From NCBI GenBank assembly GCA_012295275.1, contig CM022665.1, forward strand, positions 38,316,001 through 38,380,000: a DNA stretch of 64,000 nucleotides, read 5' to 3'. Source of the stretch: Chrysomallon squamiferum. Lineage: Eukaryota; Animalia; Mollusca. Below are positions 13,701-28,137 of the stretch, piece after piece; position 1 is the stretch's first letter; the number at the start of each line of letters is the position of its first letter. A model generated the notes under the pieces. That model saw only the letters and a program-made list of their open reading frames with translations, did not search any database and was not told the origin of the DNA. A program made the position numbers and the translations under genes.

Positions 13701-16700
13701 TCTGTCATAATAGATTCTGAATACATGCATTAAGTTGGAAATGTTCCAGTAACCCTTTTATGCAAATGTTAATTACTAAGCAAGTAATAAATCAGTCATA
13801 TAAATGCAATTTTACTCTTTATGCATATGAAAAATTGGATTTCCAGTAGACCATATTTTTATTTACTGTATACAGCAAATGGAAGTTGCCATTTTTATCA
13901 CCAGTGAGATGTTCTTATGGTTGTACTGTTAAACTGGTTGTTATAAATATCTAGTTTTTTAAAATAAGGTTTCTGTTATTGTAATAGCTACCACATTCAA
14001 TGTCCAAGGAACATTTTTTTTTTTTTTTTTTTATCCGAATAAAAATAATTTTATTGAAAGTTGATAATAGAAAAAAATCCAAAGAGTGTTCTATTGAAAT
14101 TATCTTAGTAGAATCTAATTTAGGCATCAGAAATTCAAACTTCATTTTGAACATTTCCCTAGGTCTGCCACATTTGAAATATTGATTCTATGATAAAATA
14201 TTATATCTACTACTTATGTTTCTAATATATATCTTAAATATTAACGATACTGACAGATTACCAAAAAAATAATAATGATGAAATAGAAATGCTGACAATT
14301 TATTTTTTGTAAATATTTTTATTAAACAAAAATGTATCAAAGTAACTGATTACAATTCCGTGCTTGGTTTATTTCATTAGACTAAATGTATTTATTGAGG
14401 TCTTGAGATCAAATGGATTAAACTTCTGACAGCTTCGTTAAATGTACAGCAAAATAGTACTATAGCTTTTAGGGGAAGATTTTTTCAAACTTCCACTCAT
14501 CTATTTTATCTAAAAAAATGTTATCACATTTAAACATACTGATATCTGAAAAGAAGGATTATAATTTTTATAATTTTTTTTTTAACTTCTATGATAATTT
14601 ATGAAAATGCATGCTTATAGTTATACAAAGCATCAATAAATTCATGTTTACTTGCATGCAATTGTGGTCAAATAGTTGTTATTTATGTCACAGAATTTTA
14701 ATTTTCTGCATTTTAGTGACCACAGGTATTTGTTTTGTGAAAGCATTACTCATTCCAAAGAAAATTATTCATATCCCAGCCTTCAATATTTTAGTTGTTA
14801 AAGAAACAGTGGAAATCATTAAAAAAGCTGTTATAAAATACTTTGAAGCCTGTGTTGTTGATAATTTTGAAATAAAAAGTGCATAGTTTTTGTAGAGATC
14901 TATTTCTAAAATCATAAATCAACACAAATAATGTTCTTTTTATATAAACTTAGAATACTTGTCATTTGAAGTACTTTAATTTAAATCAAATTACACCAGT
15001 CCAGATTTTTATTATTATAGTTTATTGTATCTTAACTTTAGTAGTCCTTTGGAAAGCTGTTTATTACTTCATATTATTTGTAAGTGCTAATGCTGTGCAG
15101 AAAATAATATTAATCGGATTATGATTTCTTAATTAAATATGTTTATTTTTTAATTATTTAGGTTATCGACGACCATCTGTGGAATCTCCTACAGAGAGCA
15201 GCACCAAGTCAAAAAGTAAAAGCAAAAGTTCAAAATCACATTTGTCACCATCAAAGACTAATGTGCAGTGTCCTACTTGTGGTAAAGGTTTTAATAACTC
15301 TAGTGCCTTAGCCAAGCATCGGCTCACACACAGTGAAGAGAGGAAATATATCTGTAATGTGTGTTCTAAAGGTTTCAAGAGACAAGACCATCTGTAAGAC
15401 TATTTTTTAAAGCATTGATAATTTATTTAAATAAGAATTTCTTTGAAGGTTAAAAATTGAATGTTGTCATATGATTGTTATTGATTACTGACTTTTCATT
15501 GTTACAGTATTTTTGACATGTTAAAGATTTTTTTTAATGTCATCCTTATTTTATTTATGATTTATTTATATTACTTCTTTTTTTTCACATTTCTTATATA
15601 TTCTCTTAACTTATTAATTAATTAGTAATGTGTATAGATTTTTAAACTTTTACTGATCATTCTAATGAAAATTTCCATTCAGTCTTGTATTACAATCCAT
15701 AATAATTAAAGAACTTTCTTTCCAGAAAATTAAATTATTGGAACTGAAAATGAGATGAAATCATGACACTTCTTATTATTTATTTTTGTCTCCTTATGTT
15801 GTAGTAATGGCCATCTGATGACACACAGAGAGAAAAAACCATACCAGTGTCAGGTTGAGAACTGTGAAAAGAGCTATTGTGATGCACGTTCACTGAGACG
15901 TCATCTTGAAGCCAACCACCAGCAAACACCAGAGGAGATCACCAACAGTGTTTTGGCAAGTATGACTGCTGCTGGTATTGCCACAACGATCCACAATGGA
16001 AAACCACGAGCTTTGGACAAGCTGTTCATTCAGCAAGAGGCTGCTAGAATGCAGCAGATGGCATCACCAACATTCTGGTATTAAAACAGTTTAATTTTAC
16101 AAAAACAGTTATGAAAATGTCTAAAGAAAAATGTTATTTAAATAGAGTGAATGTTATGCAGTTTTGTATGCCTGTGGATACAATGTCTGATTAAAAAATT
16201 TGTTTTCATTTTAAAAGTATTAAATGTATCCTGAGATTTCCTTTTTGTTATGTAGATATTTGTTCTCTGTTGCTAAATTTAAATTTGATAAAAAAATAAA
16301 TAAGAACAAAATTAATAAAATATTTCTTTCCTTTCTTTTATTTTTTTCTTCATTGTTTGCTGCAGCACAAACACCACTCCATCTCAAAGCCCTGGTTCCA
16401 CAAATCAGGTGTCGATGCAGAACAACTTTTTTCAATTTGAAGGCCAAACTATGACCCATCAGCCAGCAGCTACACAGCAGCAACCACCAGTAGCAACACA
16501 GGCCAGTCCACAGCAGACAGAACAACCACATACTCCGATACCACAAGAGCAGCAGCAGCAACAGCAGCAGCAGCAGGACCAGACATGGCAAGATCGTGTT
16601 CGTGTTTACGATTTCCCAGGTAGATGTGTATTATTACAGCTCGTTTCAGTTTCAGTTACAGAAATATTTGTTCTTAATGAGACACCTTTTAAATTTAAAA

Positions 16701-16890
16701 TTACATACAACAATGCATATTTTACAAAATCTGCAAGAATGCTATTATGTTAATTTAATAACATCAATAATTATATATTAATATGTAATAATTTTGCAGA
16801 TAATTTGGATTTAATTATGTGATATGAAACAGTGTCTTTAATCTAAACATTAAGAAATTCATTCATTTTGGAAGAAAAATTGTATATTTG

Positions 16891-16926
<36 letters not shown>

Positions 16927-18264
16927 ATTTATAAGCTAGTTCATCAGTATAGGCTGATCAAAACAACAGTTAAGAAATATTCAGTTCATGTTGCAAGAAA
17001 AATTAGTATTTTATAAACAATCTTTAAGCTAGTTTATTAATATCACCATTTAAAAATTTATCTATTTAAATGAAGGTTCTGGACATCCTTCACCCAGCCC
17101 CATGAGTGGGGAGCAATCACCTGGCAGTGCTCAACAGGTGAGCCCAATCAGCCCAGTCCCACCAACATCAAGTCCTTTACATTCTCCACAACCCAGGCAC
17201 AATCCATGGATCAGCAACAATCCATCCACTGCAGCTGCAGCAACAAGTCAGGAACCTAACAAGACTGGGTAAATTTCCTTTTCACTATTTAAATCAGTCT
17301 ATTTTCTTTGTATTTTGCAGTTTTTTATATTTTCAGATAAAATAAATTATACTGAAGAAAAAAGTGCACATATCCACAGCCACAAACACACATATAATAG
17401 TTTTTACTACTTCATATTACAAAAGTTTTTAAAATTGCTCTTTGAACAACAATTGTTTTCCAAATAATTCAAACATAGCTCATGCTGTTGAAAACCCAAA
17501 ACTTGTGATATATTATATTTCAGAGAAGAAACCAAACCCCCAGTGCAATGCAGTATTTGCCACAGACGATTTAAGAATATTCCTGCACTGAATGGCCATA
17601 TGAGATTACATGGTGGATACTTGAAAAAGGTTGGTTAAAATAATTTAATATCTAAGATGGACCCCAATTTTTTTTTAAATGTTTTCTTCAGTATTGTAAA
17701 ATAGATATTGGTTTACATATTACCTGCATGTATAAATTCATTGTTAAAGACATTTATTCTGGATAATAATAATCACACATCATTTCTTTGAAGGTTGTGA
17801 AGTTTGTTCATGTAATTTCTTACATGTTTTTAGCTTTATTTTAATAACACATCTTTTAACTTCAGTCTAAAGAGGAAAAGAAAAACAAAAAGAGTGACAT
17901 GGGTCCACCACCAGCTCCTCCCCTCTACTCAGACAATCTCGCAGATAACAAACATGTTACCAACACTGAGCCAGGCATTTACACAGCCCATTCCTACATC
18001 ACAAGAAGTCATCATGTCACAGGCTGGAATATCTCAGCACTCTTCCTCAACCCAGATACCTCTAACCATAGAGCAAGTGAGTGCCAGCCAGGAGGGCCAG
18101 ACACTGACTCCTGAGCAGCAGCAACAGATAATACAACAGCATCTCCAGCTTCACACACTGCAGCTGCGGGAAGCAGAACAAAGAACCAACCAATCTCTCG
18201 AACAAATAAAACAGTCATTACAAGCTCATGAACAACAGCAGCAGCAGCTTCAACAGCAGCAGTT

Positions 18265-18300
<36 letters not shown>

Positions 18301-18582
18301 ACAGCAGATAAATTCAGGGGAGCAGTTGAGTTCTGCCCAGCCTCAAACTGCTACTGAACACATTCAGCAGCTGGCGGCAAGTGTACAGCAGGCTCATGAG
18401 CTCATCAGTCTTCAGCAGTTGGAGCAGATACAGCAGCAAGCTCAGCAGATTCAACTGCAGCAAGCTGTTCATGTGTATCAGCTTCCACAGCTCTCTCCTC
18501 AGCAGTTGGAACAGTTGGGCTTGCCAGTGCAGATTCCTTCACAGATCCATCAGCTAGTACAAGATCAACAGATTCAACAGCT

Positions 18583-18613
<31 letters not shown>

Positions 18614-21600
18614 CAGCAACAACAACAGCAGAGTCAGCAAGCTGAGGAAATTCATACATCTCATGCACAACCAAACCAGAGTCCAGAAATAGTTCCTGTA
18701 GCTTCAGGTCAGGTCATTCATCTCACTCCTGAACAGCAGCAGCAGCTGGAACAGTTGTCTGAGCAGTTGAACATCCCAGTCCAACAACTTTTAGAAGAAC
18801 ATAAACAGGCTACAGAGAGGCAGCAGAGAATTCAGCAGATCCAGCGTCAGTTGTCATCTGCTGAGGATGAAACCACACCTTCACCACAAGTCATACAGAC
18901 AGAGCATCAAATCAACTTCCCACAACACTTGCAGTTTCAGGATGCTGATGTACATATTGCACAACAACAGACTGAAACAGCTCAGGTTCTCACCCAACCT
19001 GTAACATTAGACGAACCAAGAGAAATACCACAGAATTTGGAAATGCCATTGCCAGCACAGCTGATAGCAATGCATTCGTCACCAATATCACTCAATTCTC
19101 TTGCAATTCAGACAGCTTTGAATTGGGCCCAGAGTCAATCCAGTCTTCCAGTGTCTGAGGCTCAGAGACCAGAAGTATTGGCAACCACACAGGCACATCT
19201 TGTCACAGCTCCAAACCTTAGTTCAGGTCAGATCTCTCTGTCTCCAGCCACAGACAGCTCAGAAGTGACAGTTGCTCAGTTGCTAAACAGTATGGCCAAC
19301 TTCCAAGATGGTCTAACACCTGGTTTGTTGTTGCAGACAAACCCACAACATCAGACATTGCCTTCGGATGTAGCCATAATGCAGTCTCACAACCCTTCCA
19401 TCTCTCAGACCACTGTCCATCCCACCTTTTCACCATTTGCAAATATCACAGCAACTCTCACCAATCATAATGCTGTTAGCAGTCAACAGATTTCACATAA
19501 TGTTAGTACCTTAACAGAGGCAGAGCATAACTTTTCCAGTGAAACTGTTAGTGTTGCTGTTACTAACAGTGTGAAAGAACCTAATAACAGTTTCAAGCCA
19601 ATTAAGCATCAGCATAGTGAGCTCAAGCGAAGACTGTCAGCTGATTCCAATTTGGACGGAAACAAAAAACCTTTGACTGGAAGTTTAACCATGATGCTGT
19701 CCAAAAGTCCACTTGGATCCAATGATGTTGAAAGTTCTTTTGCAAAACCAAAGGACAGCGACTTCGATGTGCCAGTGAGAATGCGCAGCAAATCTGGTGA
19801 TGAGTATAAATTGATGAGATCCAAAAGTGTTGATCACACTTTCATGCGTCCTAGGAGTCGAACTGATGATTCTATTTACAGACCAAAAAGTCGGATTGAA
19901 GATGTGACAAATCGAACAAAGAGCCAGCCAGAAGATTATTTGTCAAGATCTGATGGTGCCGGCATCTTCAGAAATCCAATTCCAGTGACAGTATCAACAA
20001 AATTCAAAAGGAAGCATCGACCAGCACCTTTATTTATTCCACTGCATCTTAGCTCTTTCCAAAGCCGGCTACGTTCACCACGTCTCTGGGAGGGTCCAGA
20101 TGGCAAAAAGTTTGGGACTCCTCCACCTTACACCCCACCTCCAATGCTCAGTCCTATCAGAAGTGGATCTGGTTTGTTCTGGACAATTCAGAACAATAAA
20201 CCAAATACACCAATGTCTGCTCCAGCTACACCAAAACTGTTAATAGGCCAAAGAAGAAGTGAGTAGAATTATTATTTTTTTTAATTTTCCTTTTGCTTCC
20301 TTTATCAGAATTACTATCAACACTTCTTTTATTTTATCAAATTGTTTTTTTGTTGTTGTATTGACCTTACATAAATTAAATCTTTGTTCAGATGTCTGGC
20401 TTATGATCAAAATGCTTTAAAAGAATATGGAAATATTAAATATAATACTATTTTTTGTGACTTCATTCAAAGATTTTTATCCGTCTTTGTTTTGGATTTA
20501 ATTAATTAATCCATTTTTTAAATTGGCTTTTTGTATTGCTATGTATATGATTGTTTACATATTATATACGGTGGACTCTGTTAAAACCAGTCTTTGACTA
20601 ATCCTGATTTCTGTATTAACTGGCACCATTTCAAAGTCACGTCCAGCTACCATTAATCTGTTATGAACAAAACTTTGTCTAATCCGGATGCTGTCTACTT
20701 TAGATTTAGCTATGCAATATAAAACATAGAGACCATCACTGGCAGTTGTATGAAACTGGCAAATGGATTGACGATACATACAAACTTTTATACACTGGTG
20801 TTCTTAAAATGATAAAACAAATTAAATCTTTTGCTGCTGCTACTGAAAACATACTTTTGGAACCAATGTTAAACGTGGAGGCAATGACAGAGGAGTTTTC
20901 TTTGGAGAGAAATATGAAAAAAACACAGTTGTCAGTGATAGACTATTTTAACACTCACACTTGATAGACATTTAACTGTAACACTTGTAATAAAACATAT
21001 TCCAATTTTATGTCATTTTAATCTTTATAAACTGGCACTCTGTCTAAAACGACATACCTCATGGGTCCCAGGTGAATCCCATTTTGACGGACTCCACAGT
21101 ATATAAATTATATATATTAATAACAGCTGTATATGGTTTATTATTTCCTATACTCAGAAAATTTAATTGAAAACCAAAACTATATTTGATGTTGCAGGCA
21201 GCATAAGTGTCAGTGAATGTGTGCCACAAACAATTCCTGAGAAAGATGAAGAACCTCCACCTGAAACTGACATACAGCCGTAAGTAATCTAAATATAATA
21301 GGGAATAAAATAAAAAAATAATAATAATAAAATAAACATTTATTAAAAAATAAAAAATTGAGTGTGTTAAAATGATTGTCATTGTTTAACATATATCATG
21401 TGTATCGGTTAAAAAAAAACCTCATTCAAAAAAAATATTTATTTTATAAATAACAAGATTGTGCATCATTTATACTACATTTTTAATTGTGAAAAATACT
21501 GTGTTGTCTCATGCCAAATTTAGTAAATAAGTTGGCTTGAGATATATTAGCATTACATTAATAATAACAAAAAATTATGGAAAAAAAATGGGAAAGCATT

Positions 21601-24600
21601 ATACATATTCACAGTACAAATATATATTAATTTATGTAAATCTGTTCTTGGATACTTTTTTAATTTTATTTAAAAAAAAACATTTTATGATTATTTATAT
21701 TATTATTATATTTTTTTAACAAGAAGTATATTGGATATTAATTTTCTACATGACTGTTACCAGCTGTTTATAGTAATTTTTAAAAATAAATATGAAGTAT
21801 TGATTTGTCATTTCAGGCATGTAAATGTTGGAATGCAATATCAAGCTGAACTTCCACCGTTTAATGGTGAGTTTTCTTCTTTTTTTTTTTTTCTTTTTTT
21901 TTCTGCTTTATTTTTTTTTCTGGAGATACTTTCTTGAGCAACAAACGAACAATAAAAATGTGAAATGAAAAGAAACAAAAGAACAGTCCCCTCTCCAAAA
22001 AGACACAAAAAACCAGTGTCTGTTGTCAGCCATGAACTATATAAATGAATTTCATATTTTTATTTTTTTTTAAATTCTCTTATAACATGTTTTAGAGTGC
22101 TAGCCTGTGACATGACAGTTTGCAACATCAGATCTACTGAGTGCTTGGATTATGCTTTTTTCCCATTCTGACCCAAGGGGTTCATCAAAGATCAAACTAT
22201 TTCCTGCCTACAGAAACATGCAAATGATAAATCACTTGCTACAGACTAAAAAGACAGTAACTCTTGTACCAGACACAGTGGTTTCCTTTCAGTTGTTGTA
22301 TAGTCCTTAATTATTTGTATGCTGCCAGGTTAAAAATTACAGATTGGCTTGAAATATTTTTTTAATTTTAGATTTGATTTTTTAATTATAATTTTATTTT
22401 ATTTTCAATTTTAATCAGCAAATAAAGCAGAAGCTAAGAAAGTGATAGCAAAAGAAGATTTAGTCTGGGAACCAAGTGCAATGGGAGAGAATTCAGATGA
22501 AGATGGTATGTTTATCATCATCATTTGTATTTCAATGATTCATATTCATATTTTTCTCTTTCCCAATCTTCCTCGATAAATGTCTCCATTCAAATTTTGA
22601 AAACAATTACATTTACTAGAGCATGCAAGCATTTTGTTACTTCAGTACCTATTATTTTTTGGGGTCAGTTATCTTCTAGTAATTCATATTTATACACAAG
22701 ATATCACTGCTTTGTTTCTTTCATTCTATTTAAATACACTACTGTAATGTTACAGTGCAGATTAAATTGTCATGCTACAATGAAGATTCATTTTATGGGT
22801 AACACTTTTTATCAGTTTGATGTTAGGAAAGGTAGTGTTGTGTTTTAAATAACATTACAGGAAAAACAAGCAAAGTTATAAATTATTTTTCCTTATGTTT
22901 CAGTGCAAAATTATCAAGAATTTGCATGCTCAGCAGCTGTTCAAGGGAATGGTTCAAATGTTGAATATGCTCTACACCTTCTGTTTATGACAAAAGGAAA
23001 TATTCAGGTAATAAAGAAAGCTGTTTAAAAATTAGAAAGGAAATAGAACTCTTTACTAGTGTTCTCTGCAAGTAATTAAAATCTAGTGTCACAATAGATT
23101 GCTTAAAAAGTCGGGTTTATTCATTGGGTAAATACATATAGGGATTAGCTGACATTAATAAAAATTTACTAACATTAATAGAACTATTAATAATTGATGG
23201 TACTGTTTTACCTTGTATCATTATCACTTTTCCATTTGTACATTATTATACCTGCATAAATGTCTGTAGTCTTTTATCAAGTAATGTATGAGATATTATC
23301 TGCTATTCACAACCACTGTGGTTAAAGCAAATCATTTTGTGTAACCAAGAGAAAACTCTTTATTGCTTGACAATAAATTGATCATAAAATTGGCCATAAA
23401 CATTTTATAGCTCCAAGTACAGTTGCAAATATTTTTGCTCAGGTATAAAACTGAAGGCATTTATCTTTGATTTATTCTGCAGGCATAAAAAAGAAAAAAA
23501 AAGAAAAAAAGAAAAAAAAAGATTATTTTGATGAAAGGCCGTTTCAAATTTAATTTACTTTTTACTTCTCAAATAATTCTCTGTGGTGTTTTGTTGTGCT
23601 TTGTTTCTTTTACAAGTACCAGTTATAAGTGAAAAAGACATTAATTTTGTTATGTAACTGTAAGCCTAGCATTAACAGAAAGGTATTGGTCATATTCTGA
23701 TAATCTTAGCTCATTATTCAAGAAGATCAGTTTCTTTGTATCAGACATCTGATATATAGAGAAGAAATATTCGATTTATTAAAAAAACCTTTTTAATACT
23801 TGTTCATCATGCACTATGCATATCAGTCAAATAATCAAACCACTAATTTTATTATTTTAAATAAAAGAATAAGGTTATGCCTCATTTAAAACAACCTTTT
23901 TAATGGTGAAAAATATTGTGTTGATTGTTTACGGTTTGCCAAACTTTGTAAACAAATTAGCCCAAGATTTATGCACATTAAATTAAAAACGATAAAGAGA
24001 TATTAATGGAAATGTATTTTTCATTTTTTAAAAAAACCCATTTTGGATGATAATTAGACAAAACTAAAATGTACTTTCATAAATATGTAACCACTGATGT
24101 GAAACTAAACTTTATGCATATGCATATAAAAATAAAGCAGTCAGATCTATTATTACATGTAAAAAGTTACACGTCATATATTGTTATGTCAAAAGTATTT
24201 AGAAAATGTAATTATAATTCACAGAAAGCTTTGTTAATGTTGATGGAAGATCCACCAAAACTGCCAGCCCAGCATGGACTTCAGAATTACAGTTATCAAG
24301 GTTTGTATTATAAGGGCAGATTTATTGTTTGAATAATCATGCATCTAGTTTGAATTTGTTCTATGCAAACAGAATGACATGTAACCCATTCAAAATGGTT
24401 CCTCGTGTTTGTTTTGTTTTCAATTTCATGTTTACTTTTCATGTAAAAAGGTGCCTCAGGCCTGTTTTGTTTAGCTTTTTATGTGTTACTTGTTCAGAAA
24501 ATACAAGTTTTAAAAGTGTTATTATTGTAAGATGAAACAAAAGTTAAAAGCAATTATTTTTAAAGTTCACTGGTCTAAAAATGAACTAGAGTAAACTAGA

Positions 24601-27526
24601 AGATGATATAAATAATTACATAATAACCTTTGAAAAACTTTGCATACTAATTGTGGAAACACATTATTTCATTTGTAATTTAATAATTTTTTTAATCAAG
24701 TAATTAATATTTGGTTTTCACTTAACAATAAAATGTTATGTTTGTTTATATAAACAAAAAGATTGTGAGATACTGTTGTGTGAAATATTTTTAAATGGAA
24801 ACTTTTGAGCACTATAAAACAAACTAAAATTGAATGTTTTGTTTATTTTAGCTTTTAATTATTTATTAAATAACATATCTTTATAATGTTCCCTTCAGAA
24901 GGGATCTGGCTGTAGCTCAATAACTGGAGCACTGACTGGCACATAACAGGTCAAAGGATCAATCCTCCTTGGTTCTTGTTAAAGCCATCCAAGCCAGTAT
25001 CTTGCCTAACTAATCAATGTGATTAGCTGTAGAGAGTGTGTGGATTTCCTCTCACATCATCCCATCCCCTCACAACACAACTCTTACTTGAATAACAGTT
25101 TAAGTGTTAGTAATAAAAATGTATGGAGGTGTTATTTAACGAAACTATTTTTATTTTATTTTTTCATTTCCTTTAGAAACAGACCGCTGGAATTCTGTAG
25201 AAATTGAAATGTTTTACAAAGCTCTACTGAAACACAGCAAAGATTTCTTTGCTGTTGCTAATGAGGTAATTAGTTGTTATTACAAAGAATTTATTAATTT
25301 AACCACTTCCCACTTAAAATACAACAACAACAACAACAACATATACATCATTCAAACATACATAAAAATACACATGTACATTGCATGCTAATGGTATCTT
25401 TGAAAAGATGGAAGAAAAATTCCAGTTACATGTAAAAATATGAATCAAATTTTAAATTACAAAAGAACTTGTTTTTTGCAATAAATGTTTCTTGATTTTA
25501 AGTCTTTTTACAATTATATTACTACAAAGTATTTTGATTCAAACTTAGACACCCAGTAGCTGATTTGTTTTTCATGCTGGGGTATCATTAAACATACATT
25601 CATTCATTCATTCATTCATTCATTTTAATCAGTAATATGGAAGACTAATTTGTTCACTGGTAATTTAGACTGAGAATGCAGGGAGTCTTCATATGGTTTA
25701 CTGAAGTTACTATGACGCTGTCATTGTTAAAGAGTTTAAATTGTTAATATGTGCTATTGTAGGTTGGCTCCAAGAATGTAAAACGTTGTGTGCAATTCTA
25801 CTATCTGTGGAAGAAAGTTTGTCCTGAGGACTATAAACGACTTCGCCTCCTACGAAGGAAACGAGAACAAGAAGCTTTGTACAATCTAAGATCTTGTGCT
25901 GCCAACGAAGCTGCTCAAGCTTCCCAGCAGCAGCAACAACAGCAGCAGCAAAATCAAGCACAACAACAACAGCAAACATCTGGACAACATCAGCAGCAGC
26001 AGCAGTCTGTGCAGCACTCTCAAATATCAGGACAACAACAACAACAACAGTTGTCAGGCCAGCAGCAGCAGCAGCAGCAACCATCAGGACAGCAGCAGAT
26101 GGTGGAAGGATCTGATTCGGAAGAAAGCATGTCTGTCCATTCAGAACAAAATGTGAGTTTTAACTGTTAAAATCATCTTTTCCTAGTCACTTCTATTCCT
26201 TTTGTTTTTTTAATTGGGTTTTTTTTTGTTTTTTTTGTTGTTGTTTTTTTAAACAAAATACAGTTGATATCACAACACTGCATAATTTTATTACTGGTAA
26301 AGTGGTTAATTTATTAGAAAATTAACTTACAAAGCACTTCCATTGCTTATAAAGCACTGCTAAGTTAGCTAGTGGAAAATGTTCATCAAAAAACCACTTT
26401 ACTGATTAGTATAAAAACCGGTATTCATAAAAATGTTGTGGTGTTGTTAAAACATTCCTTCGTACACGTCTGTATTGTAAGACTGAATGTTTTGTTTCAG
26501 GATAACAAATCTGATGTTTCAAGTTCTTCACTCTCACCATCCCCAGCACCAACCTTCACTTGCGAGCAAGCCAACTGCCATGCAGTAAGTTCACATCTGA
26601 CATAGATGTGGCAGAGATGTATTTTTTAATTTAATTTTTTTTTATAAGTCTTTGGATGTAATTAGAAAGTATGTTTTCTTTGGAGATAATGTATTTTTTT
26701 TTTTTTTTTTTGTGAATAAGAAACATTTGATTTATTTAATAATGCTCTCAGCAGTTATTTGATCTGTCACATGAAGTTAAAATCTTGTCGTTGATAGATA
26801 AAATAATACTGAAGTAACATTAATTATTTAAAATGAATTTGTGTTACTATTTTAAAACTTATATCCAATGCTTTAGAGCTGCTCAGTTTTGTAAACTAGT
26901 GTCACTGAAAACTGTTTTTGTTTGCAGACATTTTCATCAAAACAAGCTCTCAATGCTCACTCTCGCATCCATGGTCCTAAACATGTGTTTGATGTTGAAA
27001 AATCAATGCCGCGCCCTAAGAAACCTGCTGCTAACAAATCTACTGTCAGAGATGAAAATGGAGATGTCATATTTCCATGTAGACTTTGTGCAAGGTATGT
27101 TTAAATGTTTTCTTTAAAAGCTAGTAAGTATTAATTTGAAATTTTGAAACTGGTGCATGATATTGAGATGATTTTAGCATTATTGTAGGTGTTGAAATTT
27201 TGTATTGTATAATTATAAATTAGGGATTAATCCTTTAATATCATAAATTGTGTTTTCTTAAGAATATTAACAAATAGAATTTATGAGAGAAAAAAAAAAA
27301 AAATTGGAATAATACAAGTTTATCATTGTTATAATCTTAATGAAATATCAGTATCCATTTATGTATGTGTATAGATATATATTTCACTGTTTTTTTTCAC
27401 AGAGTGTTTTCTAAAGTTAAAAGTCGAAGTGCTCACATGAAAAGTCACCGGGTTGCTGAGAATGAAAGTATGAAATCCATAGAACAAGTCATGAAGATTA
27501 AAGCAGAGATGGTGCCTGATGGATGA
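10765..27526 (+). CDS. TRERF1: ZNF541/TRERF1/MIDEAS-family C2H2 zinc finger + ELM2-SANT transcriptional co-regulator, ~1840 aa. Exons 10765-11596, 15162-15393, 15805-16077, 16366-16619, 17076-17268, 17524-17629, 17866-20258, 21198-21279, 21817-21866, 22419-22505, 22904-23007, 24225-24300, 25177-25265, 25763-26152, 26501-26584, 26928-27094, 27403-27526
   Basis: ZNF541-like triple finger ([21 protein letters not shown]; [18 protein letters not shown]; [19 protein letters not shown]). TRERF1-like finger [23 protein letters not shown]. Conserved [23 protein letters not shown]2 [40 protein letters not shown]...[11 protein letters not shown]-terminal finger [21 protein letters not shown]. All introns are GT-AG with matching phases, apart from one surplus base near 17920. 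Confidence 0.92.
12640..12730 (+). mobile_element. Degenerate SINE core fragment
   Basis: gatgcatagaaaagattcctgctgctaattgttaagagtagccc...ggtttcct resembles the segment at ~22200-22290 (catgcaaatgataaatcacttgctacagactaaaaagacagta...ggtttcct), i.e. an interspersed repeat. Confidence 0.4.
13321..13605. mobile_element. Tc1/mariner (Tigger/pogo-type, MER46-like) MITE
   Basis: Left end taggtcatggatccattatctgaaa and right end ttttagataaaggattctcaacctg are imperfect inverted repeats, with TA on both sides. Subterminal ctgaaa repeats as in Tigger4/MER46-type elements. Confidence 0.7.
18100..18860 (+). repeat. CAG/CAA polyglutamine tracts inside the 2.4-kb coding exon
   Basis: Long imperfect CAG/CAA runs at ~18233-18307 and ~18584-18631; further tracts at 16548-16577 and 25925-26098. 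Confidence 0.9.
20569..21099. mobile_element. Tc1/mariner (pogo/Tigger-like) non-autonomous element in an intron
   Basis: TA|CGGTGGACTCTGTTAAAAC ... ATTTTGACGGACTCCACAG|TA: imperfect TIRs (about 14/19) with TA flanks and internal tgtctaa subterminal repeats. Confidence 0.6.
22095..22330 (+). mobile_element. Degenerate SINE fragment
   Basis: GC-richer intronic patch similar to the segment at 12640-12730. Confidence 0.3.
24901..25120 (+). mobile_element. Degenerate tRNA-derived SINE
   Basis: Head ggctgtagctcaataactggagcactgact...ggatcaatcc has A-box-like and B-box-like elements. It is followed by non-tRNA body sequence and an A-rich end (aataaaa). Confidence 0.5.
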
Positions 27527-28106
27527 CTTGAGACTGAAATAATCTTAGTGAAGACAGAAAAAACAAAACAAACAAAAAAAGCAAACAAATAGTGTTCTGT
27601 TTTGTGTGGCTGTGCATGATTTGTATAACAATAGTAATGAAGTGACTGTGTTTTTAAAGTGCTTTTTGTGATTGGTCATCATGAAGTTACAGCTCAAAAT
27701 AAGGCAGCGTTGTACTGTAACAGTGAAAGCAGGGCACATACATCATCGAAAAAAGGGATTTTGGGGAGAGGGAGGGGAAAGAAAAACTAAATTTCAAAAC
27801 GTTACAAAAACAAAATGGCAGCATCTCATCATTTATAACTTCATATCTTAGAGAAATGTTGTTTGTTCTGAGACTCGAACAGTCTGACCTGTCTGCCAAA
27901 TTTAATCTGTAATAAACAGGGGCCTTTACGAGCAGTTTACAGTGTAAGATCTCAGTGTAATAAAACAGGTTGTTGTACAGAGTGTCCTCTGTAGCAGGTA
28001 TGACGTACAGACATGAACCAGGACAGAGCAGTTTCTTTTGGGTGAATTGTGCTGCTTTGCCCTGTTCTTGTAAAGTGCTGTGATCTCCAAAGGCCTGTGA
28101 GGGACA

Positions 28107-28137
<31 letters not shown>

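Noticed and set aside
18012-19824. Antisense ORFs over the polyQ exon (likewise 25710-26084 and 48645-49280)
   Set aside because: Shadows of real coding sequence and CAG repeats.
24905-24975. tRNA gene
   Set aside because: Only degenerate A/B boxes and no clean cloverleaf; continues into SINE-like body sequence.
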